From: a virus
Virus record (IMG/VR): IMGVR_UViG_3300048930_000528
Location: 8,050-72,049 of that record
DNA: 64,000 nucleotides
Reading direction: 5' to 3' (one strand)
The notes under the pieces were generated by a model, which was given only the letters and a program-made list of their open reading frames with translations, was not told where the DNA came from and ran no database searches. A program made the position numbers and the translations under genes. How positions within the stretch are numbered: position 1 is the first letter of the stretch; the number at the start of each line of letters is the position of its first letter. This document shows positions 46,161 to 55,100 of the stretch, piece by piece.

Positions 46161-46433
46161 ATGCCCTCACCAATCGAAAGAATGATCGACGCCGCGACCG
46201 GCTACACGCCGCCGCCAGCGCCGAAGAAACGCACGCTCCCGACTGCCGAAGAAAAGCAGATAGCGACCGATGCCGGAAACGACGTCATCTGGTATATCGA
46301 CGCGCAGTATCCCGCGATGTGGGACGGCGTGCCGAAGTCAGCGCGGACCAGCGTGAAAAACGCCGTCTACAACCGCGTGATCTTAATCTTGCTGAACGCC
46401 AAGATCAGCAACGCGGGGACGAAAACAGAATGA
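46161..46433 (+). CDS. Cassette ORF, hypothetical
   Basis: MPSPIERMIDAA (alternative ATG 46143); stop inside site F. Confidence 0.55.
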   Translation: MPSPIERMIDAATGYTPPPAPKKRTLPTAEEKQIATDAGNDVIWYIDAQYPAMWDGVPKSARTSVKNAVYNRVILILLNAKISNAGTKTE

Positions 46434-46520
46434 CTCTATGAGCACGAAAATCGAAGACAAACCCATAGCGAGCGCCGGAGCGGACAGCTCCCCGCGTTGC
46501 GCTGTATCGCCTGGTTCGAC
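46391..46520 (-). repeat. attC-like site F
   Basis: - strand: GTCGAAC CAGGC GATACAGC GCAACGCGGGGA ... TCCCCGCGTT GCTGATC TTGGC GTTCAGC. Confidence 0.92.
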
Positions 46521-46722
46521 GATTGAAACGACCGAACGCAAGGTGATGGTCGCGCTCTGCGGACTGTGCATCGCCGTCTTCTGCGCGGCTCTTCTCGGCA
46601 TCGCTTTCTACGTGCATGTCGTCGCCGGGCTATTCGCTCTCGCGCTCATCGCGTGGTGGCTCGGCTCATCGATGGCCGAAGTGCTCAAGGAAACTCGCGA
46701 GCGTGATTCGTCGAACGACTAG
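46438..46722 (+). CDS. Cassette ORF, two-TM membrane protein
   Basis: Two hydrophobic helices; starts in site F, stops in site G. Confidence 0.6.
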   Translation: MSTKIEDKPIASAGADSSPRCAVSPGSTIETTERKVMVALCGLCIAVFCAALLGIAFYVHVVAGLFALALIAWWLGSSMAEVLKETRERDSSND

Positions 46723-46805
46723 GTATGCCAGCCCTACCCGCCATCGATGTTGATTCGCCAGTAACTGCCCGCCGGGTAGGGATTGGCATGACCGACTTGT
46801 TCGGG
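46710..46805 (-). repeat. attC-like site G
   Basis: - strand: CCCGAAC AAGTC GGTCATGC CAATCCCTACCCG ... CGGGTAGGGCTG GCATACC TAGTC GTTCGAC. Confidence 0.92.
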
Positions 46806-47282
46806 GTTGTGGACGTGGTGCCGAGTGACATCGTGCTGACCCCGGAACCAATCGCGCAAGCCGTGGTGGAACGCTTCAAACCATCTGGCCGCGTGCTCGA
46901 TCCGTGCAAGGGAGATGGTGCCTTCCTGAAGTTCATGCCTGGTGCTGAGTGGTGCGAGATTCGCGAAGGCCGATGCTTCTACGACTGGAAAGAGCCGGTG
47001 GACTGGATCGTCTCGAATCCACCTTACAGCGTCTTCTCGGACTTCCTTCGGCACAGCTTCACGGTGGCGGAAAACATCGTCTATCTGATCCCCGTCAACA
47101 AGGCGTTCAACTCTGACAAGATGATGCGCGAAATCTGGTCATGGGGAGGCGTGAAAACCATCTTCGTGATTGGCTCCGGTGGATCGCTGAACTTCCCAAT
47201 CGGCTTCTGCATAGGAGCTGTTCACTTCGTGCGCGGCTATCGGGGCGGCGCGAATGTGGAATTTTATACCCCGAACACCTAG
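46725..47282 (+). CDS. Small DNA adenine methyltransferase (cassette-borne)
   Basis: LTPE.IA, VLDPCKGDGAF, WIVSNPPYS. Confidence 0.85.
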   Translation: MPALPAIDVDSPVTARRVGIGMTDLFGVVDVVPSDIVLTPEPIAQAVVERFKPSGRVLDPCKGDGAFLKFMPGAEWCEIREGRCFYDWKEPVDWIVSNPPYSVFSDFLRHSFTVAENIVYLIPVNKAFNSDKMMREIWSWGGVKTIFVIGSGGSLNFPIGFCIGAVHFVRGYRGGANVEFYTPNT

Positions 47283-47363
47283 CTCAGACATGGCTGGCTC
47301 TCCCTCAACTCTCGAACACTTGGCGGCCCCGCGCCAGCCATTGTCTGTGGCGTCTGGTTCGCT
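47270..47363 (-). repeat. attC-like site H
   Basis: - strand: AGCGAAC CAGAC GCCACAGA CAATGGCTGGC ... GCCAGCCATG TCTGAGC TAGGT GTTCGGG. Confidence 0.92.
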
Positions 47364-48081
47364 GCTTCTTTGGAACGCGGACTGCATAGAAGTGCTGCCA
47401 CAAATCACGGCGGCGGCGGTTATCACCGATCCGCCCTATGGCATCAACGATGCAGCTTTCGATTCGGGGCCACGCGAAGGAAAACGCAAGGGAGGCGATA
47501 ATACTTGGCATCCGGCAAGCGATTGGGATGCGGAGATAAAGCCGGAATGGTGCGCTGCGGTATGCGCTGCCGCGCCGGTGGTCGCATGGATGGGCCACTG
47601 GAGAAAACGCGGCATGGTAGAGGCAGCGATGCCCCACAAACTGCGCGCGGAAATAGTGTGGGCAAAAGACTGCCATGTAGGCCCGCCATGTCCGGTGGCA
47701 ATGCAGGATGAGCGCGTGTGGCTATTCTCGCGCGAAGGCATCACGGCTAAGCGATTTGACACGACCGTGTGGAGCGTTCCGATAATCCCGACGTGGGCAC
47801 ATAAGCACCACAAAAACGAGAAGCCGGTCGCGCTGATGGCGCGAGCGATCTACCTGCTGACATCCGAAGGTGATACCGTGCTCGATCCATTCATGGGGAG
47901 CGGCACGACGGCAATCGCGTGCATCCGGACGGGCCGCAAATTCATCGGGGTGGAGCGCGACCCCGCGCACTTCCAAACGGCAGTCGAGCGCATCCGCCGA
48001 GAACTGGCACAGGGCGACCTGTTTTTGCCAGCGAACACTGAGGTCAGAGAATCGCGCCCTGACCCGACCAAACAACCCTGA
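47290..48081 (+). CDS. Beta-class N4/N6 DNA methyltransferase (cassette-borne)
   Basis: ITDPPYG, HKNEKPV.LM, VLDPFMGSGTT. Confidence 0.9.
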   Translation: MAGSPSTLEHLAAPRQPLSVASGSLLLWNADCIEVLPQITAAAVITDPPYGINDAAFDSGPREGKRKGGDNTWHPASDWDAEIKPEWCAAVCAAAPVVAWMGHWRKRGMVEAAMPHKLRAEIVWAKDCHVGPPCPVAMQDERVWLFSREGITAKRFDTTVWSVPIIPTWAHKHHKNEKPVALMARAIYLLTSEGDTVLDPFMGSGTTAIACIRTGRKFIGVERDPAHFQTAVERIRRELAQGDLFLPANTEVRESRPDPTKQP

Positions 48082-48138
48082 ACCTTCAACGAACAATCAG
48101 AGCGGCTGCACGCGATTCTCTGCACCGTCTGGTTGGGA
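48030..48138 (-). repeat. attC-like site I
   Basis: - strand: TCCCAAC CAGAC GGTGCAGA GAATCGCG ... CGCGATTC TCTGACC TCAGT GTTCGCT. Confidence 0.92.
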
Positions 48139-48147
48139 ATTTCCATC

Positions 48148-48408
48148 ATGGACCAAATACTAAAAGCACGATCTGCAATCGTCGCGGAACTCAAACGCCG
48201 CGCTCTGGAAAAAGACCCGAACGTAAGGCCACTGAATCCGGATGCCGCCCTTCGCTGGCACAAGCCGCAGGACAACTACTATTCGGGCGCTGGCGAAATG
48301 GCGTGCCCGATCTGCGAGGCAGGGAAACTGCGCTACAGCCGAAGCGGCTACAATGGGCATGTCCACGCGGGCTGCACAACGGAAGGGTGTGTGTCATGGA
48401 TGGAGTGA
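48148..48408 (+). CDS. Cassette ORF, Zn-ribbon protein
   Basis: CPIC..G.LRYS...NGHVHA.C.T.GC..WME. Confidence 0.65.
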   Translation: MDQILKARSAIVAELKRRALEKDPNVRPLNPDAALRWHKPQDNYYSGAGEMACPICEAGKLRYSRSGYNGHVHAGCTTEGCVSWME

Positions 48409-48418
48409 CCGCGACACT

Positions 48419-48531
48419 TCCCAACGAAAAAGGTGAGCCGCGCTCGCCGAAGAAAGGACAATGACATGAGCGGAGAAAAGACATCCGAAGACGTGACGGC
48501 TGCGAGCGTTGGCTCTACCGACGGGTTCGGC
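48419..48531 (-). repeat. attC-like site J
   Basis: - strand: GCCGAAC CCGTC GGTAGAGC CAACGCTCGC ... GCGAGCGCG GCTCACC TTTTTC GTTGGGA. Confidence 0.92.
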
Positions 48532-48789
48532 GATGGCTGCGACCACTGTGACACCTTCGGAGGGCAGAAGACCTACGCGAACCAAGCGTGCCTGCCGCTC
48601 AACGGTCGCGTCGTGTGCGTGGACTGGTGCATCCATCAAATCGTGGCGGCGCTCAACGCCGGCGGCGTGCGCACGACTGCGTGCTGCTGCGGTCATGGGC
48701 GAATGCCGGGCCGCATCGACCTTGAGGACGGCCGCATACTCACGATCTCTTCGCCGAACAAGGCGGATATGCCGACGTGCAGCAAATAA
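48466..48789 (+). CDS. Cassette ORF, Cys-rich protein
   Basis: VD.CI..IV.ALN.GG..T..CCCGHG; AAGGA RBS and ATG lie inside site J. Confidence 0.65.
   Translation: MSGEKTSEDVTAASVGSTDGFGDGCDHCDTFGGQKTYANQACLPLNGRVVCVDWCIHQIVAALNAGGVRTTACCCGHGRMPGRIDLEDGRILTISSPNKADMPTCSK
48753..48781 (-). other. Terminal simple site K (attI/attG-like)
   Basis: Core GCCGAAC without a partner arm, followed by AAGGCGGATATGCCGACGTGC, similar to site C. Confidence 0.6.
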
Positions 48790-48798
48790 GCGGAACTC

Positions 48799-49161
48799 AT
48801 GCAGGCCTTACTTCGTTACCCCAAACGTCAGCGCAGCGCCAAAGCCAGGGAGTGGGGTGCTCGTGGCAATGCGTCCCAAGCCGTCGCCAGGCTCACGCGA
48901 GACCTGCCATGGGAGACCATCGTAGCTCGCGCACGCGACGACGAACGCGGAAAGCTGACTCGCCATGGATGCACCTACTTCGGCGACGGCCGCATTGTGC
49001 ATTGGGAAATTCGCCGATCCATCGCCGGCCGCCACAACCAGTTCGATGTGATTGCCGACGGCATTCTCGTCCGAACCTATGGCCAGCGTCGTCTTCAGTC
49101 GTGGCTTAGGATGGTGCCACCTATCAAAGCCCCATCGCCTGCAGCGCAGCGCGCCGCCTGA
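48799..49161 (+). CDS. Hypothetical basic protein
   Basis: Last + ORF, converging with the giant - gene. Confidence 0.4.
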   Translation: MQALLRYPKRQRSAKAREWGARGNASQAVARLTRDLPWETIVARARDDERGKLTRHGCTYFGDGRIVHWEIRRSIAGRHNQFDVIADGILVRTYGQRRLQSWLRMVPPIKAPSPAAQRAA

Positions 49162-52100
49162 CGTCTTCGAGGTTGGGCACGCGTGAAGCCCGCGGGCGCA
49201 TGGCCGATCCCATCCGGCGAGCGATGGCCTCCTGCAAATCGCTCGGCGCGATCATGTCCGTGTAGCGGTCGAAGAGACTCAGCGCCTCGTTGACGGCCAT
49301 GCGCCCGTCTTCACCTAAGGCTGACATCAGCCGCCCCATCTCAGCCTCGCTTGGCTTGGTGCGGAACGTGGTCGTCAGTGGGTTGCGCGACTTCCAGTTG
49401 GTAAGGACGTACGACTCTGGCGACTCTTCGCCGCGTGCACGCGCGGCCGAGACCGCGTTCCGGTACGCCTCAAGGAATCCGATCCTGTCATTCGACAGGG
49501 CCTTCAGTTGCATCTGGCGAATCCAGACCGACACTGGCGTTGGTGAACTGCGGCCGGCGCCCATGCGAAGTTCAAGCCCCGCCTCGCGTCCGGCGGCGCG
49601 CAGGTAGTTGTTGACGTTGATCCGGTTCGTGACCTGCGCCTCGGAGTTTGAGAGGCCAAAGGCGTTATTTAAGATCTGCGTTGCCTGAATTTGCCCGCCA
49701 AATCCAAAGGCATTAAGCGCCGGCCGGATGGTGGACGCATAGGTCACAGCGCCCTCGGTGTGGATCAGGTCGCGCACGATGTCGCGCATGTTGGCAAACT
49801 GGGAGAAGATCAGAATGCGCGAGTTTAGGTCGAAGTCGCGCTGGCCTGCCTGCGGATCGACGATGTTGAATACCGACGACACGGCATCGCCCGCTAGGCC
49901 GAACGTGCCGGCACGAGCAGCGCGCTCGAGGATTGCCAGTGCGCCTACCCGGTCGCCCTGCAAGGACTCAGCCGCAGCATTCGCTACACCAACCACTGGT
50001 ACCATGTCGATCGGGCGCAGCTTCCGCAGATTAGGCTCCTTGGCCAGCAACTCGCGGTCGTACGCGTCCATGAGTAGGGAGTATGCGAGGCCAGCAGGCA
50101 GAGACCAAAGTGCCATGATGCCGATGCCCTTAACAATGGACGCCACTTGGAATCGGCCGTCCGTCGTCTTGAGCGCCTCGTTGATCTGGTTCACTTTGGA
50201 GATTGGCCAGCCGAGAAGCAGGCCGCCGAATCGCCACACCGGATTATTGAACCACTCCACCGGGCGGGTGTTGATCGACGACTCCAGCGACACCTCGTTG
50301 ACGGCCATCATTGCAACGCCAAGTGCTTGGTCCCGGGTGAGAAGCGTTTCGCCCTTTGCCGCGCGCCGCATGGCGCCGCGCACGACGTCCTCAAGGTTGC
50401 CGATCTGGTACTCGCCAAGCCTGTCTCGGTAAAACCGGAACGCACCTTCATCAGAGAAGTATGCACCTCCCTTCATGCCCAGCATATCCGGCGTAAACCG
50501 GAACGCGGGGTCCGCCTCTGCGTTGGGATTGCGGCGGAAGTAATCGATCCCGCGGGCAACCATCTGGTCGAAGACCTGCACGTTGGCCGTGGCGATCGAG
50601 GTGATACTCTTTTCGGACAGGTAGCGGAAGGGTGCCCACAATGCGTTGAACACACCAAACCTACCAGTGGGCTTCGGCAGCGATTCAAGCGCCTTGCTTA
50701 GTGCTGGAACATTCTTGACCACCGGAGCCCTTGATAACGCAGACAGGTCTAGGCCGCCGCGCATCGCTTGGTTTACACCTCGGACAATCTGGACTACACG
50801 GTTTGATCCGCCTTCCTGGAAGCTGGCATTCCTACCAATGTCAGCCATGCGCTGCCCCATCTGGAGGCTGCTGGTTGCGCGCCCCTCAAATGCTTCGCCG
50901 ATCCATATCTGGTAGTCCGAAGCCTGGAGGAAATTAAGGCCGAAGTTGTCGAGTGCGCTTCCGAGAACCTCAGTCCCGAACGTCTTCCACGCCTTGCCCG
51001 TAACCACAAGCCCGGTGGGACCAAGGCCCTTGTATGCCAGCGGGAAATCGAACAGCGACATCAAGTTCCACAGACCCGACTTTGGCTGGTTGAGAACCAT
51101 CATCACGTTGAGTTGGGCAAGCTCAAGCGCCCAGCGTGCATCCCCCACGGCGCCAGTCGTGTTACCGTAGGAGAAGTACTCGTTCATCTGGTTCTCCCAG
51201 CGCTCGACGTTTGCCATGTCCTTTGCCGCGCGCTCAAGGTCGTCGAAGTTCCATCCGCGGTCAGTGGCCGCGCGTCGCTTCACGGAGGCTGGCCCCGGTG
51301 GCAGCTGCTGGTAGAGGCGATACCGGCCGGCGAGATCCGCACGAAGGTCAGTCAGGTCTTGCTGCACGCCTGAACCGTCACGCCCGAACGCAGCATGAAA
51401 CGCAATCTCGGCGAGGAAGTTCTGTGCCGACTTGGCCTCGAACACTTCGTACTGTAACCACTCAGGCGGAATGAGATCGTTGGTTCGACCATCCATCAGC
51501 CGGTGCTGCTTCGACGTGCGCCCGCCATTCAGGTTTGGCGCCTTGTCCACCTTGGCGACCAGCTTGGAGCCCATCTTGTAGAGCCCGGCAAATCGCTTGA
51601 GCATAGCCGCTCGGTACGCCGGAAGGTCGGCGTCGGTGTCGAGCTCGTTCGTTCGCGCGAAGAGGTTGTCGATCCACGCCGCGACGTCGCCACCAGATTC
51701 TTCCCATGCCTCAAGCGCAATCTCCTGCGGAACGTAGGCCCGCTCGCCGGGCGTGTTCGACGCGCCCATGAATACCGACCGCCCAGGCTTGCGGACGAAT
51801 GGAGCAACGAAGTCACGCACTATCTCCGGCGTGAAGTAGGTCCCAATCGCTTCCGCAAAGGCCGCATCTTCGTAGGCCTCCTCGGCAAACAAGTCATCCT
51901 TCCAGCCTGCCTTGGCCATGGTGTCGGTGACAGCCTCGATCGCAGAGGCACGCAGGCGCCGCGGCATGGTGAGCCAGCCGTACTTGATCGCATGGCGGAG
52001 CATGTTCTGGTCCGAGGTGAGCGGGTCCTTGATACGCGGGTCTTCCACGTACACGCCGTGCTTCTCTGCGACCGCCTTCATGTGCTCGGACATCTCTTTG

Positions 52101-55100
52101 CTTGCGCGAAGGAAGGCGATGAACCGCTCGCCAAAGTTGTCAGCCACCTTCTGGCCGGCGGGGATGCGTGCCTTGGCGGAGCGCACGGCATCACGCAGCG
52201 CGGCACCTTCGTCGCGCCCAGGCTCGGACTCGATCTTGAACACGACCTGATCGTAAACCTGTGTGAAGAAGTCGCGGTAGTAGGCGAAGCCTGCCGCATC
52301 GGAGGCGTCCTGCATGGCCTTGGTCCACACACGCGCGCGCCGCTCAACGCCGTCCTGCTCTGTCTTTGTGATGATCTGCCACCGGGTCAGGCGGCTGCGA
52401 ATGCGTTGGCCTGCCGGCGTACCCGTTGAAGCGAAGTTCTTTCCAAGCGGAGAGAGGAGCTTGTCCACCAGCCACCGGCTTGCGGCGTGGTACTTCTTCT
52501 CGAAGTCCACCTTTCCAAGCTCCGTCGTAACTCGGTCGATCTCGTTGTAGAGTCGGCTGCGCGGCTGCCCGGAGTTGGCCTCAAGCCACAGCTGATTCAT
52601 GCGCACGTCCTCGCGCACTTGCTGCGCTTGGTCGCCAAAGTCTTCACCTACCATGCGGAGCGTGCGGGTGATTGCGTACCAAGTGCCGTCCGGCTTCTGG
52701 CGCATAGTTTGGTACTGCGCTCCGTTGCCAACCTCGAATCGGGAGAACGCACCGACCGCGCCTTCCAGTCGCTTCGCCTCGTCCTCAAGACGGCGGGCAA
52801 CTTCTTCAAGCATGAGCGCCTTCTGCTCACGCTTGGTCACGGTCTGGCGGCGGTTGCGCAGCTGGCGGCGGACGGACAGGTACTCGCGCTTGAGCCTTTC
52901 CTCCAGCCGGGCGGCCGGACCCTGCTCCTTCTGCACCTCAATCATGGCGTCAATCGTGGCGTCGTCGGCAGTGCGGATGGCTTCGAGCTCGGCGCGGATC
53001 GCGAGGTAGCGCGTCGTGTCCTGCATCGCGCGGAGCTGGATCATGTCCATCTCCTTCGCGCTCGATTTGGCGAGCGAGGTCAACGCGACCAGCATCGGCC
53101 GGTTGCGCACGAGGGCCTCAAGGCGGGCGTCCTTCGGTGCGTTGTCGCGCACGGCCTGCATGATCTCGGACTGAGTCATCTTTGCCAAGGGCAGGTCGAG
53201 TGCCGCAATGGCCGAGAGCTTGTCGAACAGGCTGACTTGTCCGTCTGCATCCAGTGCCTGCTTGAAGACGCGCGTGTACGCATCCGGGATCGGGTCGCCC
53301 TCCGCCAGTCCCTCGGCTTCCTTGATGGCCTGGTACAGCCTGCCGCCGGCAAACGCCGTGTCCTGGCCTCGGTCAATGTCGCGGGCCAGCGTCTTGATGA
53401 GGCTGCGGAACTTGGTGTTCAGTTCGGCATTCATCGCCGAGGCATCACGCAGCTTCGCCTCAAGCGAGGCCTCGCGCTGGGTCACGCTCAGGATGTCCTC
53501 CGCCGCCTTGTCTGCCTGCTCGATTGCCGTGGCTGCGCGCTTGCGTGCAGTCCCCGCCATGCCGCGCATGATGGAAAGCGCGTCACGCTGCGCACGCTGG
53601 TTCATGGCATCCGTCATCTGCTCTCCGCCCACGCGCGCGGTGATGGCGTTCGGGAACTTGCCGTCGATCCATGCCATGATCTTCGAGGGCATGTCGCCCT
53701 TGCCGATCACGGACCAGAATTGTTCGTCCTTGGCCTGCGGCGCCAGCCGCTGCTTGAGGTCAGCCAGCACCGGGATGATCTCGTTCCACGTGGCCGCCGT
53801 CGTTCGGGCAACAGCTGTCTCGCGGTCTAGGTCGATCTCTTGGCCTGGGTTGGCTGACTGCTTGCTGAAGCGGATGTTCGAGTCCACCGCGCCCACGGTA
53901 TCGGGCATGTTATCCGGCTGGCGGATCGCCCGGATCAGCGGGTCGAAGTAGTCAGCCACGGGTGCGCCGCCTACGCGGTCAAACCGCTGCTGGTACTTCG
54001 GCATCGGGCGCGGCAAGAGCGAGTCGAACGCATCGATGAAGCGGTAGTCGAAGTCTCCGCCGAGCATGCGGCGCAGGTTGTTCTCGTACCACGCAAGCGA
54101 GATCTGATCGGCGCGGTCCTGGAATCCGAGCGCCCGCACCATAGCCTTCGCCACGGTCAGGTACATATCCTTGACCGTCCGCCAAATCGCAGCGGCCATG
54201 CTTGGAGCCTCGGAACCAAAACCTTCGGCGGCCAACTTCTGTGCCGTGGATTCGACGAGCCGCTCCTCGGCGTTGGCGTTGGCGTTGATCGCCGTGGACT
54301 GCACCTCGCGCACGGCTGCGTTGATCGCGCGCGTGATCTGCTGCTGGGCCACCGGATCGGCCACGGCGTAGAGCGCATGGCCTGCCTCGTGGATCAGAGC
54401 CGTCAGGTTGCGCGTGTTGGCGTTCGCCAAGTCCTGCATCACGAGAACGACCTGCCCCGTCTTGATGTTGATCGCGGCCGATTCGATGTCGCCCTGAATG
54501 AGCTTCACGTTGAAGCCACGGGCCTTGAGGCGATCCAAGATTCGGTCGAATGCCTGCTGCTCCTGCGCCTGCGTCGCCGTGCGCTCGGCGCGTGCGGCCT
54601 CCATGCGGGTGCGGATCTGGTCGGTGTTGATGCCGGCCAGCACGTCCCGGAAGATTGATGCGTCTCCGTAGGTCGAGTCGAACGCGCCTTGCACGTAGGC
54701 CTGCACCGCCTCAAACGGCACGCCGGCCCGCTCGATCAGGCCGTCAAAGAACTCCAGCCACGACTCGGGCAGCGTGTCGTACAGGTTGCGGTCGAAGATT
54801 CCGGCGCCATCCACGTCGATCGTCTTGTAGAGACGTGCGGCCAACTTCGGCGTCAGCTTTGAGAAAAGGTCAGGGAGGGGCGTCTGCTTCTTGGCCTTGG
54901 GCTTCGCAGCCTTCTTGGCTGCTGGCTTCTTGGCGAGAGGTGTTGCAGCTGTTGGCGCAGGTGCCGGAGGCGCAGCGAGGGCAGGCGCCGTGGCGGGAGC
55001 GGAGGGCAATGCCTCGGCGGCGGGCGTGGGCGGCGCACTGGCTGGCATGCGGCCGGCAGCCAGTTCGGCAAAGGCATCCTCCGATCCGTTGGCAGCGGCG

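Larger units (their letters stand above)
45690..48781 (-). mobile_element. attC-like gene cassette array 2 (7 cassettes)
   Basis: Half-site D, full sites E-J, terminal simple site K; all 7 cassettes have perfectly complementary 7-bp cores. Confidence 0.9.

Noticed and set aside
45690-48781. CRISPR array or simple REP/terminator interpretation of the recurring hairpins
   Set aside because: Hairpins differ in sequence and length, are separated by whole genes, lack U-tails, and show attC box structure with cassette-matched cores; no cas operon is present.
52487-53830. 447-aa + strand ORF (and similar shadows such as 13088-14176, 42446-43762, 9638-10747)
   Set aside because: Fully antisense to motif-bearing genes; expected from high-GC codon bias.
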